From positions 6,666 to 70,665 of the forward strand of contig JAKMXF010000031.1 of the NCBI GenBank assembly GCA_024704765.1: a stretch of DNA of 64,000 nucleotides, read 5' to 3'. The position numbers and the translations under genes are program-made. The notes beneath the pieces are model-generated. The model was not told the DNA's origin, made no database searches, and saw only the letters and a program-made list of their open reading frames with translations. The stretch is from Oopsacas minuta. Taxonomy: Eukaryota > Animalia > Porifera. Every line of letters starts with the position of its first letter. Position 1 is the stretch's first letter. Shown piece by piece: positions 1 to 14,700 of the stretch.

Positions 1-18
1 TATATTGAATGTCTAATA

Positions 19-325
19 TCGTGGAACCTGCATAATCCGACACCTCTGTAATCCGGAATGTCGCTAAACCATCATTATTTATTTTCACGGATAGTTTTTG
101 TATAGAAAACAACCTCAATAACCCGGAACCTCGCTACTCCGTAATCCAACAATTTAATGATGATCAAGTACTATAAATTCAACCTCTATAAACCGACGAT
201 TTTGCGATTTAGCTTTCATTTATCTGAGGTGTACATATTTCAACAAATGTAGGATTATGGAGGGTACTCGATAATCCGACATTTTCTTCGTTCTTAACAA
301 GTGTCGGATTATGCAGGTACCACTG
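19..325. mobile_element. pogo/Tigger-like MITE
   Basis: TIRs gtggaacctgcataatccgacac (21-43) and gtgtcggattatgcaggtaccactg (301-325), followed by TA; no coding capacity. Confidence 0.7.
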
Positions 326-480
326 TATGTCTACAAAGTAATGGAATAAAATTATGATAAATTATAATAATATCTCTAAAGAATATGAGAAGAGAGTGAG
401 AAGATCAAGAGAGGTGCAGCTACCGCATCATAACCACTGTTCTTCTTATATGGTAGCTGCACCTCAATAGAAAGGATAGA

Positions 481-500
481 GGAGTGGAGTGGAGTGGAGT
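481..500 (+). repeat. (GGAGT)4 microsatellite
   Basis: Direct reading of the sequence. Confidence 0.8.
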
Positions 501-511
501 GAGGAGAGAAA

Positions 512-775
512 GGAGGTGTGACGCATTGGTTATGTGAGCAAAGAGGAGTTTGCAAAGCTAGAGTTCACACCAAAGGGATGGTGATAGTCAAGCGCACGAA
601 TGAGCACTCCTGTGCTTTCCTCTTCATGCCTGCCTTCGCTTCACAACAGCCCGCTGCCTGCTCGTCAGGACCATGGGAGTGCTCATTCGTGCGCTTGACT
701 ATCACCATCCCTTAGGGTATGAACTCTAGCTTTGCAAACTCCTCTTTGCTCACACAACCAATGCGTCACATCTCC
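512..775. repeat. Local inverted duplication (~100-bp arms 512-610 and 676-775, ~65-bp loop) of FLYWCH-coding sequence
   Basis: The peptide HWLCEQRGVCKARVHT is encoded on both strands; the arms are near-identical reverse complements. Confidence 0.9.
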
Positions 776-877
776 AACTCTCCTCTGTACTCCAAATAAA
801 TATCCACACTCGTAGAGCTTGTTTCCTCTTCTTTGTGACTTGATCAGCCTCGTTGGCTGATCAAGAGGTTCCGCCAT
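683..877 (-). pseudogene. FLYWCH zinc-finger fragment (MULE-transposase type)
   Basis: KSQRRGNKLYECGYLF...HWLCEQRGVCKARVHT matches the FLYWCH pattern; truncated. Confidence 0.7.
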
Positions 878-2856
878 TAAGGATTGTCAAATTTCAAATA
901 CACAATGTTATAAGTAATATTGAGAAAACGAATCTGAGTTTGAACTAGATCATTTTCTATTTATGTCCGAGGATTGCAAATATCACAGGTGATCACATCC
1001 AGTTTACTACATTCCTCTTTACCAAATATAGCCCTAAGAGTATTTACATCGTGTGTGCTTACTTACTTTAGCAATCTTTTGAATTCATATCGTTAGTGGA
1101 TCCCATTGGAATGGATGTAATCTAAAATTAGGATTATCTATCCAATTTAAAGACTTGTCCGTTTGCAGAAATAATTATTAGAAAATCGATTAATTATGTG
1201 TCCTTAGAATAAAATTATTACTTAATTAATATCATATCAAATTGACCAATCAAATATGGTCCGAATTGTCCGGTGCGAATTGTCGGTATCCGAATACGCT
1301 ATTAGGGTGGGTAGATATCCTAAAAGCCATCCATTCCATTTGTTAAATAACTAAAATCACCGCCTGTCCCGACAAATAACATTTAGTGAATTATTGGAAT
1401 TATATTATCCTACAAAAATCCATTTTAGCAAGGAAAGACAAAATTGAGTTTTACTAATCTTTTAGACAATTAATTATGTTAAAATTGAATTAAATGTTCA
1501 CCAAAAGGTGTGAAAATAAGATTAATCATATGATTAATCAGTGTATATATATTTAATAGAATGTATTAACCAATAGTATTACAGTCTCCATCAATACAAA
1601 TATTTGGAAATGCTAGAATATCCCAGAATAAAACCACAGAAAATATTGGAATCATAGAATAATCTAGAATATTGAATACAGATTCCAAATTCTACTAAAA
1701 TCACATATATTTAAAAGTGAGTAGTGCATGCGCTACTCACTTTGAAATAACTCTAAAATCAATGTATGGTGTTCAGGAGTATGTTATTGTTAGGGAGTTC
1801 AACTTCTTAAGTTCGAATTGCAAATATATTTCGAATTTAGAAATTTTAGTCTCTAAGAACGACCCAATTCATAAGTGGCCCGTCCACCTGGTGGGCCCGA
1901 AGGCTATAGCCTACTTTGCCTAATGGTAAATCCGGCACTGGGTTCAGTCAGATCAATATTAGTCATTTCACACCTTAGGAAAATATTTAGAATTGTTATA
2001 CACCAAAAATGAAATACAGTAGACTCCACCGGTTAATCCGGTCAAAATGGCATGACACTGTTCAAGACTATAGAATAATGCTAGAGCAATACTGAGTAAA
2101 TAGGAAATAGAAATAACAAACAATTAGACAAACATTCTAATAGTAATACTGCTCTTACTTATAGCTAACGTAAGCCTAGTAACAGACATTACTAAAGACA
2201 CCTTGTGAGGTATACTAATTAGCTCATAACAGTACCGTGTTCGTGTATGACTTTATGTCAATTTACTTATCCTAATACATCATACATCCTTAGTAATTAC
2301 TGATATACTGAAGATAACGGTTATAACACGAAGATAACACGAAAAGAACAGTGTTAGGTTATTATGGGAGCTAAATCGTATCAGTATTCCTCAATTTCCT
2401 TAACAAAACTAGCTTAAATAATAATAATCTTGAATATATCTCAGATATAAAGTTTCATTGACAACTATGTGAATTTTAGGCACATAGTGCGGGGTATATC
2501 CCGTCGCATAGCAACCAAAAGCATTAAGAATATTTCATAATTAAGTCAACCAGTAGGACTGTTTGCGTGTCAGAATTGCTGTCTGTATTACTGGTACCAT
2601 GGATATTCATAATTCAAGTCAGAATTAGTTCACCGACAAAACTTACTCAATAGCGTAATACAATTAACCACTACTCACACCACCTCAAACTAACACATGT
2701 CTATATAACTGCTAGCAAGTTAAGCATCATATTTAAACACATAGTAGCATAAATATAAAAAGGAAATAATCTGTGTTGTAAATAATGGAAATAATAAATA
2801 TACTAATGTTCAGGTAAACAAGTTCTGAGTAAAGAGTAAACAAAATACAAATACAG

Positions 2857-4321
2857 CTATAATGCTGGTAACAATTCTATTTTAATTAGAAGAGTTATGC
2901 TGTCTTCTTTACAATATTTAGCTTCTAATATTTCAAAGTCTAAAATTAATAAAGGAATTCCAAAACCTTCATTTCTTAGCTGAGTAGGTCTCTTGAATTT
3001 ATTAGGAGATTTCTCCAAATCTTCCTTAGTTACTTGATTAGTGATTTCATAATTATTATTACTGTTAATGTGATTGAGTAGAATTAACGTATATTTGTAT
3101 CTGATAGGCCAGTGTAGTTTATCATCATAACCTCCTTTCATAATACAAATGGAAACACCTACTACACCTGAATTAAACCAATTCCATTCAATATTTCCCT
3201 GACACTTGTATAAACCTACATAGAATGGATCACTGAAAGTATCCTCTTTGTTTTCTATCTTCTGTTTAACACCTTTAATCTTCCATTCCAATTGTCCTGC
3301 AGATAGAGGTAGAGGTGTATAAGAATAGAGTACTTCTATAATTGATTTCAGTTCTGAATCCTTCTCAGTAATTTGTTTCTCTAAATTCTCGATTTTGGTA
3401 TTTGCTGTAGTCAGCTCTTTGGTTTTACTTTCACTTTCATTTTCCAAGATTGAAATCTTCTCAGTTGTTTGAATTCGTTTCAGTTTCATATCAGTCTCTA
3501 ATAATCTGAAGTGAATATGAATGAATTCTCTTTCATGAAGATCCATCTCTTTCCTCTCCATCTCCTCTCTGCATCCATACTCCCAATACGGACACTCTAC
3601 TTTCTGTAGAGGACACACGTCAGCTAGATGGACAGGAACATCTCTCCTCTTCAATTGTCTGGTCCCTTCGTATCCTTCCTTCACACATCTATTAGGACAA
3701 AGAACTGGAAAGTGTTCACAGTACTCCAAATGAGGATCCATTTCACAGGCCTTTACTTTATTCACACAGAATTTACACACAAGTTCTCTTAAGGGACACG
3801 AGTCTCTCTGATGTTCTGGAATTAGTCTCTTCTCTAGTTTCATTGCTTTCCCCTTCCTCTCTCCTTCCGCACAGACACAACCCAGAGGACACAGTACAGG
3901 AAAGAACTCACATTCCTCCAGGTGGTGTATTGCTGTACTCACTGTGTCACTCCATTCACACCCTCTCTTCTTTAGAGGACAACTAATCTACAAAGAAATA
4001 ACTCATCTATAAACACAAAAAACACTTGTAAAATAACAACAAATCAACTACCATTTTATCGGAGACAATTTCACGATTCATCTTTACTGGTTGCCATGCT
4101 ACACCCTCAGGAATGCAAACACCACACCTCAATTCTCCTTCACAGATACAAGCATCTCTTAACATTCCTTTACAACTGCTACATAACAATAGTTTCAGTT
4201 CCAGTTTGTTTGATAAGTTTTCTACCAACAAATCAACCCTCCATCCTCTGTAACTACCATCCTCTGTCTTTATGTACACCAAGTCCTCTCTCCCTTCTGA
4301 GTCTGTTAACTTCTCTGCCAT
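2857..4321 (-). CDS. TRAF-like protein (degenerate RING, TRAF zinc fingers, coiled coil, MATH domain); exons 4321-4052 and 3987-2857
   Basis: A 64-bp GT-AG intron joins the two ORFs in frame (DKM|ISCPLKKRGCEW); repeated CPLxxVxCP..C Zn fingers; MATH motifs WKIKGVKQK, SDPFYVG, LHWP, GFG. Confidence 0.9.
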
Positions 4322-6341
4322 TATACAATATACAAATCAAATACTGAGTAGGAATACTTTGTTTAATTCTTAATAGATAGAACATGTACATACTATAGCT
4401 ATCAGTTACAAACAAGACTCTTGTCCTGCTAATTACTAAGTAACAGCTGATATACTAATACTAATACAGTGGATGCTGAGTATACGGACATCGAGTTTAT
4501 ATGATAACTTAAAAGAGTCAACAATATATTACATTTTCTAATATTTACATAAACAAATACTATTATGACGTCATCATATGACATCTACAAAATACACTAA
4601 ATATGTACAAACTAGATTCAAGCGATATACCAAATAAGGAAATAATGTATTATTAGATTTTAGGCGCTAACAAAGGTTAATTAGATTACAAATATTAACT
4701 AATTGGTTCCTATTTTGAAAATTATTCAAATGCCAATCTATTAAACCTGTAACTAAGTTAGTGAATATAATTACTGTAATTAGAAATTATATTACCGCTT
4801 ATAGTGAGTAGTTCAAATGGTAAGAAATACATGGAAATACATTATTGAGTAATTACATAAACGTTTCCCTAATTAGATTATGTGTAATTAATGAATAATT
4901 TGTGGTTAGTGTAATGCTATTATTAGAAATGTAAATGGTTGATAAGTTTATGTTCAATAGTAAATAAAAGAGAATTCAGTGGACACCCGAAGGATGCCAA
5001 CCGCGAACATAAAGTGTTCGCTTACCGCGCAACGCAAGTAAGCGTAGCTTGCTTATATTTAATAGAATGAATTGACCAATAGAATTACAGTCTCTATCAA
5101 TACAAATACATTACTGTACTAATTAAATTACAATCACTTCATCAGAACTAATTTTATGCATTTATGTTGCAGTTTATGGACGTGCTTGGTGTGCACGTGT
5201 GCACACTGGTGTATGGCCATGCCATAATACAATGTTCTCTTCTGGTTCTTTATTAAATAATATAATTAGCGATACAATAGTTCTAATTATAGTGATACAA
5301 ATATATTTAATTATAGGATATATATCTAAACTTTCCATAACAATTGAGTAATATGCGGAATTAGATTTTCAGTAATATGCAGAATTAGATTTCTATCCAG
5401 CTCGGAACCTCAATCTAGTACTAGGGAAAAGTACGTAATTATCTTTGTATTCTGACTTGTTTGTTCAGTTATAGCGATAGCAGAAACAGAGTTTAAGGTT
5501 TGTTTGATTTGTATCTATTTAGTAATAAATGTCTTTGATTAATTGTTCCATAATTGTTCAGTTCGTAAATGGTCAACATTCTATTATAGTAATCTGGGAT
5601 TTTCTTCTCACAGAAATTTACCATAATTCTTTTACTGAACACTTCAAAACCATTGTCATGCATGTACTTGTGTCCACATTTATTACTAATTTACAAGGCT
5701 GAAATCGATTGAACCGAATATCAGTATTATGAATAGCAGCCCAACCGGTTACTGATTTTCGGTTTGCAACAGAATATTGAACTATTCTCCAAATACAGTA
5801 TTATTCGGTTGCAAACTTGCTAATTAATTTGTGTCTAAAATTTGTTCCCATCCATTCTAATTCAATCCATATTTGGACAAGACGTACACTCGGATAGTAC
5901 TGAAAATATTTTTTCCCTAGGTGTACTGTTTTCCCCGAGTTCCACTTTTCGTAATTACCCTAGCAAATTGTTTTGAACAAACTATTAAGACTACTTACTA
6001 CACTACTACATGGATGGCCTAGTAACTAGAACATCTTATATGAACTAGATATGAACTAGACTCTATTTCGTATTTAGTTACGTTACAACGGTTAACTCCG
6101 TACCATTACCACATAATAATTCCAAATTGTCCAATACACTAAATTATTTATAATCTGCTTGACTACTCGTGTAGCGAAGTGTCTGTATTATCCAATTTAA
6201 AATAATTTTTGAGACTGAGCAAGAAATCTTTATTTTATTCTAATTATAAACTAATGATTTGGCAATTTGAAAGTTCTAACAAATATTAAGTGATGACTTG
6301 TGTTATACGTAATGACTATTCTCTCTGCTACTAGTAGTATG

Positions 6342-6519
6342 TTATGCGAACTTGTTAAAACGAGTGTGACCCTTCTGGTATTTAGTGTTGCAACTTCTAC
6401 CTGATTTCTTGCAAGGGTACCTTAGTGTTTTACAGTGCTTACATCTACATGCTGAATCACTGAGGCCCAGAGAAGCATTTTGCATTGCTCCCGTTTGACT
6501 AACTATAGAAGTATGGCAT
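6342..6519 (-). mobile_element. Cys-rich tail resembling the C-terminus of Ginger/KRBA2-type integrase-like transposases
   Basis: SACRCKHCKTLRYPCKKSGRSCNTK resembles the CxC..CxTxRCxCxKxGxxC motif; weak, from memory. Confidence 0.35.
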
Positions 6520-7424
6520 TCATAATTATTATTACTGTTAATGTGATTGAGTAGAATTAACGTATATTTGTATCTGATAGGCCAGTGTAGTTTATCATCA
6601 TAACCTCCTTTCATAATACAAATGGAAACACCTGCATTCCACCGATTCCATAGAATATTTCCCTGACACTTGTATAATCCTACATAGAATGGATCACTGT
6701 AAGTATAATCATAGTTTTGTATCTTCTGTTTAACACCTTTAATCTTCCATTCCAATTGTCCTGTAGATAGAGGTAGAGGTGTATAAGAATAGAGTACTTC
6801 TATAATTAATTTCAGTTCTGAATCCTTCTCAGTAAAGTTTTTCTCAAAATAATCGATTTTGGTATTTTCGGTTTCCAGTTTCTCTTCCACATGTTCAAAT
6901 TTTGATAGCTCTTTTAATTTACTTTTATTTTCTAAGAATGTTATTCTCCCAGTTGCTTTATCCAATTTTTGAGATGTTTGAATTTGTTTCAGTTTCATAT
7001 CAGTCATGGATAATCTGTAGTGAATATGCATGAATGTTCTCTTTCATGAAGATGCATCTCTTTCCTCTCCGTCTCCCTCAACATCCATGGTCCCAATAAG
7101 GGCACTCTACTTTCTGTAGAGGACAGTCATTAGATAGATGGACAGGAACATCTCCCCTCTTTATTTGTCTGGCCCCATCCTCTCTTTCTATTATCCATCC
7201 ATTCGGATAAGAATGGAAAATGCTCACAGTCCTCCGAATGAAGATTCATCCCACAGGTCTTCACTGTATTCACACAAAATTCATACACAAGTTCTCAAAG
7301 GGACACGAGTCTCTCTGGTATTCTGGAATCAGTCTCTTCTCTAGTTTGATGACTTTCCCTTTCCTCTCTCCTTCTAGACAGACACAACCCAGAGGACATA
7401 GTACAGGAAAGAACTCACATTCAT
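6520..7424 (-). pseudogene. Truncated, frameshifted TRAF-like paralogue
   Basis: Closely similar to 3047-3915 at DNA level; 5' end cut by a MITE at ~7432; MATH domain cut after INSNNNYE. Confidence 0.85.
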
Positions 7425-7431
7425 TTGCCTT

Positions 7432-7693
7432 ATACGTTTAATCTACAATTTTAGTGACGTAACTTCTATTAGGCTAATTTCTGTAATAAATATTTTGCAT
7501 TAAACAGAAGTTCTGGAATTGTTAATGAATAATCTCAGTATTGTTAACCATATCCTGTAATACTTGATAATAATGTGACTTATACAAGTCTATCAATGTT
7601 AAAATCTAATATTTCGAGGTTAACATAGACGCATAATACTTTCAAATAGATCACATATCCCGTATTATGCGTTATACGCGTATTATGCAATTT
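7432..7693. mobile_element. Copy of dispersed MITE family (core gtgacgtaacttctattaggctaatttctg)
   Basis: Same sequence recurs at ~12010-12560 (inverted), 24488-24804 and ~26380-26600. Confidence 0.75.
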
Positions 7694-8738
7694 AGAGATA
7701 TACTAAGCATCTCATGTAATTGAGTAGAGTTTTGCTGCTATAAATTAAGGAAGAGAACTTTCTGAATGCCCAAAGTATAATACGGGAAGTAAGTTTCCAG
7801 CTTAATATCACACTTCTTGTGCGAATGTGACATCATCTATGATTATCTGGTAATCCAATTCGTATACATAGTATGTATGTACGTGTTTACTAAATGCTAA
7901 TACATGTAGACACACCTTCATATTGCTCACTAATGTACAGTATAATTCCACGTGTATTATTCTAATAGATTTATATAATTAACCTTCAAACCGTAATTCC
8001 CGTTAACTAATAAGATATCATCCGGGAAAGATACCAAATCTTACTACATTTTTATAATAATATCCCAGATATTCTATTAACAGGTATGGCAATAAGTCAA
8101 TAATAGAGTATTCAGTCAGGGTTCCGTCGGTATGGAGTTAGGTATCATTTTCTTGCAATGGGAATTCCCATATAAGAATACCTATTTATTCTCCGTACTA
8201 ATCCGTGTGTATTCTCTTGAGATGAATTCCTGCATCCAGGGTTGCCACTGAAATGGGAATTCCTACAGAAACCCTGTGAGAATGGGAATTGAAATTCTCC
8301 TGATTTAGTACAAGAAATAAAGAAATGTTTTTGTATTTAAACTTTTAATGATAATAATCGTAAGAATATTAACAGGATCCTCTGTACCAGTACTGAAGCT
8401 GATAATTGTTGATTTTGTGAATGATAGTCACTATTAGTAGTGAAGAGATCTAATATGGATTAATGTCCAGTCAGACTGTGGTTGTTAGCTAATTCAAGAA
8501 AATTGACGAGAAATTGCAAATCTAAGTCGATAAATCGCAGGCCTATGAAATTTGATGACTGCAGACGAATAACCTCAATCCTAGTCTAGCTGTGACGAGT
8601 AATTGTATAGCAAATTTTGATAAATAAATATCTAAAATCATCGAGAAATATCAAAGCTATTATTACACAGAATGAACAAATAATTAGTTATTGAGCTAAG
8701 TAACTCAACTTCACTACTGGGATGTAGTTAGAGTTGTA

Positions 8739-11700
8739 TTACTGACTGTTCGTAACCGCTGTATCTTCTGAAGTAGTTTGTTTGGACTCTTGAATCTCTT
8801 GCCAGTGCTGATCAGATATCTTGTATATACCTTGTACTTGCTCTTGTAGTTCTAAAGTTATCTAAGGAAATGGACAGATAGGTTAGATAAATAGTAGGTT
8901 TATGAACAGGAATAAAGTATTATTCCCTTTTGGAGGATATTTCAGGAATTCACATTAATATTACAATGTAAGCTGCTTAACCGGGACAGCTCGGGAGTCA
9001 ATGATTTGTCCCGATTAACCGATTATGATTGAGTTAAGTATTCAAAACTGGCTTTTCATGGCCTCATAACCAGAAATATCTTATAGTTTAAACAATAAAG
9101 CACGGACATACTCTGCAACCCATGCAAAACGTTTGGATATCCAACTGTCTGGTCATTATTGAGGGAATTATACAAGGTGGAATAGCCAATGGAACCTGAG
9201 GCGAGTGAGCAAAGTAAATAATCTTAGACTAGCAAATGGTAATTGGATCGGTGTTGTATGTTTGTAGATAATATTCAACTTCATAGAGTTAAAATAACAA
9301 TTATACAATGACTCTGAATAATATACAAACGGTTAATCGGGATAAGAAATCCCGAATAACCGATTCGATGTCCCTAGCATCAGACGATTTTTCTATGTAA
9401 AAAATCTGTTCCCAATCATTGTCCTGATTAAGCTGCTTCCATTGCAGTAGGTTATATGATAAATACAAGAGAGATTACATATGAGAAACTTGAAATAAGA
9501 AATTATAATTCAGAGTACACTACACCCTCACTAATCCGAACAGTTAGGCTCCAATCTCAAAATATTTCGTTCGGATTAGTGAAATACACTGAAACTTTAC
9601 TATAGGAATAGGAGGACTTAGTTGCCCCTAGATAGCCGTTTAGAGCAAGCCTGTATATATATTTTGAGATTTGGCTAATTTGTTTACTTTATATAAAAAC
9701 AACAATAAATTTACATATGATTAATCCAAAAGTGTGAAAATCAGATTCAGCATGTTCGATATACACTCCCTGGCCAAAAGTATTGGAACTCTTTGCCACA
9801 ATTGACACATGGCACAAATATGTATTTACTTTAGTTGCATAGGCTGAAGATAACTTTAAACGTCTATGAACTACTTTAGATAATTACTTTTATCATTACA
9901 ATCGCCTTTTCTGTTATATTTTCAGACTATTCAGTACTTATATTCTCGCAATGTGCCATATGCCACAGGTGTCATTAATGGTATGGTGTTCCAATACTTT
10001 TGGCCAGGGAGTGTATTCAGTGAAGTTTTATTGAGTTCTATTTACTTCCTTGATAAACAAGATAAATACATAGTTATGCGACAATTTCAAAATTGCATAC
10101 CGTAAATCCTTTCTGTGACAACGGACAAACAAACAGACAGACAGACAGACAGACAACAATTGAGATTTAATAATATAGATTCGGAGTACTTGCATATGAA
10201 AATGCTGCAAGCATATACAATAAGGTCATTTTGAACATTTTCCAAAGGTTGTCCAGCACCTGTTCACGTAGCGATGGTCTACTGAACTAGGTTAGTTGCT
10301 AGAGCAAGTCTCTTTCTAAATAGAATTACGTAGATTTCGTTACAGTCAACTCCCGTGACATCGAACACGGATATATCCAAATAACCGCTGATATATTGAA
10401 CTTCTCATATGCTAAATGACTGATGGCGACCCAAAGAGCTTGACAAAGATGTAGGACACGTAAACTCCGTAGTACACTAGTATATAATGTAACAATATTT
10501 GTAGATAATGGTAAACTTACTTGAGAAGTTAATATAGCATACCATTGCTGATTCTGCTGACTAATAGACTCAATCAGAAGCTTAAAGGCAATAAACTCAT
10601 CATATTCATCATCTACATCTACTAACGTCTCGTAGTCACTTTCTAGCTCTGTCTTATCGAGAGTGTCTGTGTCATGGTCTGAACTATCAGAGCTATACTC
10701 TTCCTCTCCTCCTGCGTGCTTTAATAAACGTCGGAATTCCTTAAAATCATCCTCGTCGTCAAGGACGTCCTCTCCATCACTCACAATAGGTTTCCTGGCT
10801 ACATCTTCATCAGAGTTTAGTCCAGATCCTGACGTGTTAGAGGTCTTAGCTTCTTCTTCTTCTTCTTCGTTTTTCTCATACGCCTTAATCAGCTGATTCA
10901 GGATTGATACCATATTAGGTATAATTATAGGCGCCAAATTCTGAAAACATTCAAGCTGAATAGCAGTCCCAGACTGAAGGAGAGAGCATAACGCTAGAAT
11001 AGATATCTTTCTGTCGTGAATACCCTCCAGATCATCAGGATTCTCAATCCATCTAGACAATAGTTGTGACGTCACGCTCTCATCACAATTCGGGAACCTA
11101 GTGTTCTCCACAAGTTGTAGCACTATATCTGGAGAGGTGAAAAAGGCTGCTATCACTACCATGAAGCACTGAGACCTCAGCTCAGGTGTCTCTGTACTCT
11201 GAGTTAGCTTACACATGACTGGAGTTAGTATAGCTGGTAACCACGCATCAACTTTACCTTTAAGATTCAATACAATTATCTCCAACATTTTACAAGCATG
11301 CTGCTGTGAGTTCTCTTCATCAGATCTCTCCAGCACTCCACTACACATGTCTATAATACATTCCATGTATTTAGCATTAGATAGGAAGGTATCTTCATCT
11401 ACTGATACGTAGTTATACAGACTAGGCATAATACTGGGGAAATAGTCAAATGCATCTCTCTTGAAACACTCGTATATCAGGAATAATACATCCCACATTC
11501 CAGGACTAATCTGATCATCTGTTAGCTTCTCAATTATTAGGAACACCTCCTCGTATAGATCCAGTAGCCCTGTCTTCAATAGATATACCATTAGCTTTCC
11601 TATACACTGCTCTAGCTGTGATAACAATGTGAGGTTGTCAGACATAGCAGTCAGTAAGGAGAGGATAGAATTAAGTATCCCCATAGCTACCAGAGATTTT

Positions 11701-14700
11701 GAGAATTCACCTTCATCTAGAGGCATTTCAGGGGGAGTACTAGTTATCTGTACATCTGGAGAGTCAGTATTGATGTCGTACATCTCAGAGAATGTTCCTA
11801 CCAGACTGGAGCACAGATCAACTGCAATCCCTGATATGTCTTCGCCTATGTTATACAATAAAATTATATAGCTCGTATAATGAGAGAATTACTTCCTACT
11901 GTAACGAAATATTCAAAGATGACGTCATGTCCACCCAAAATCGCCCTAGTTTCGCCTATGAACTAGCGTACGTAGATTTCTTTTAGTAATAAAGCTATGA
12001 TATCAAACTAAGTTATATAATACGCGTATAACGCATAATACGTTAAATGTGATCTATTTTGAAAGTATTATCCTTCTAGGTTAACCTGAAATATGAGATT
12101 TTGACACTGTTGGACTTGTATAAGTCACTTTATTATCAAGTATGATATAATCAATTACTTATTTATTGCACAGCTGTACAGATCAGCTTTTCTATCTTCG
12201 AGGAAAGGATATTTTTTCGGATTAATGAAAGTCCCCTTTGTGAATGGAGTATGGTGTTTTGTATTGCAAAAAAAACTTTACTATACTATAACTCAGCTAT
12301 ATAAGGAATATCATTATTCAAGTCACTCCAAATCCAAATATACACAATACATCATGCATAAGCAACATTATTATCAAGTATGATATAGTTTGGTTAACAA
12401 TGCTGAGATTTCTCATTAACAATTCTGAACTACTGTTTTGATGCAAAGTATTTATTGCAGAAATTAGCCTAACAGAAGTTACGTCATCAAAATTGTAGAT
12501 TGAACGTATATGTAATACAAATTATACGAAATATGTCTTCATTGAAAGACGTATTACACAACTTAGCTATCATAAAAGTTTGATCAAAACTCCCAAACAA
12601 GTAAAGATATATTTGCATAGTATTGTGAAGCTATATTAACACTAATCTATGACTCAATAACCACAAAACACAGAAAAATACACAGACACATTATATGCAA
12701 GCTAGATTTAAATATTTAAATCTGTCTAGACAACTCTATAAGCTAGTTACAAGACAATGGGATATGGATGGCTAGATAGGTCCAAAAATTCACCAACCAA
12801 TATCAACTGGTAAAAATTGGTCAGGTCCAGTTTTGGCTGAGTAAAACTGGTCGGGGGACCAAATTTGGACAATAGGGATAATTATTGGTCCCGGACCAGT
12901 TTTGGCGTGACACTACTGGCTACCTCTTTGTGAGTAGACAACGCCTATAGGTTAAACAAATTATGAAGAGGAATACAGCAGTATGATTGTATTAGAGAAG
13001 GTTTAAAGAGGAATCTACACTATAACTAGTAATAAGAAATGACAGATTCAGACATCGGTTCAATCCATTTCAATGGTGCAATTAGGGATCGACCGGAGCT
13101 CCGATCGATCCCTTGTTCCTCAAGTACAACCTAAGAGCTGTTGGATTTGGCTCATTCAAATTACTTCAACCACCTCCTGACGAAGTTCTTCCTAATCAAC
13201 ACGTCGAGGAAATTGATGATGATAGTGAAGATTTGATATATGCAAGGTTAAGATAGATTATAGAAATGACATACGTATATATTTTGATTTAGAATCTCGC
13301 ATTTAAATTTCTTGGTTCCAAACCTATGATGTTTTGCTTTAGAAATAACTCTTAGCATAATATTTCATTAAACACCCCGGCTGGCCAAGGGCCGGGTTCT
13401 CAACTTTTTGACGGGGCGGTCGATCCCTAAGTGCTATTCCAAGCTTAGGTCCTCAGGACTTAGGACTCACCCCATGCTTTCAGCGTCTGTTTAGTACATA
13501 TACACATAATGCTGAATGAAATACTCACCGTATATACGTATAATATCCCTAAGAGCATCTGCTATATCATCATTCTCTGTCTCTTTAATAAGCACGAGTA
13601 ATTCCCGAAGCAGAGAGCCTACGAATGGTTTAATAAAGTTTACACTCTCTTCATGTTCGTCAAACAGACTCAGTAGACCTATAGCAGCTTCTACACGTAC
13701 AGGAAGCTCTGTCTCATTCATCAGACATCCAATCAGTCCCTGTATAGCTTGTTGGAGGTTAGGAGTAGAGAGATGGAGTTTGTCGAAATTGTGGAACATC
13801 CAGCAAGCTCTAGCTCTAAGATATGCGGTGGAGGATGTGAATAGCGGATGTACAAATCTCACGAATAGTCCTTCTATCTCCTACAACCATAACAGTTAGC
13901 TGGATTAGGTAAGATATTGACAAGAATGCGACAATATTTCAAAATATTCGAGACACGAATTGATGAGTGTATATAATAACGCTTCCCAACATTTTCACAT
14001 GTGGACACCCCATACACATTACTTTGGTGTGAACATAGCACGAACTTTTCAAGTTTGTGGGTCAAACTTATTGGGCTCATCGCGACACTGGGAGACAAGA
14101 CCAACACCCTGCATGACACCCAGGTGATGAATCATCCCTGTAGCAGACATTAATTAAAGGAGTCTGTCTATATATATACAAACCTGCCTGAGAGATTTCT
14201 GCTCATATATAGCCTCGGATGCACAAGATATAACATGCAAAGCTCCATCAGTTCTCTGAGCATTCCATTCATCACCTTGTGCAGCTAGGACTCTCATACA
14301 GTGCTCTAATACCATATTAAGCATACCTCTCCTCTTCTTCATACACTCCTGTAGCAGAGACTCGGCTGCACTAACAGGAGACAGGAAGTCATCAAATATA
14401 TCAAATCTAATCCTTATGTACTCAGATGGATCTTGATCCCACATCTCTTGGTCACGTTGTGAGTGACACATCAAAGGAAAGACAAGAGCCAAGAAGAGAG
14501 CCTCGAAATTTGGTTTGATTAGTTTCCATGATACAGAATGACTGATGGAGTAAGCGAGGTAAGATAGAGATGTCTGTAGGGTGTTATCTGTCATAGTACA
14601 GCCCTTAACGTGTAGATCTAATTGCTGTAAAAGTAATGATACTACTTTCTCTGAGTAATGCTGAGTGAAGAACTTCTTGAATCTGACATGTTTCTTATCA

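Noticed and set aside
10663-11986. Plus-strand ORFs over importin-7 exon 5 (likewise 13516-13899, 53313-54188)
   Set aside because: Antisense shadows of real coding sequence with no independent support
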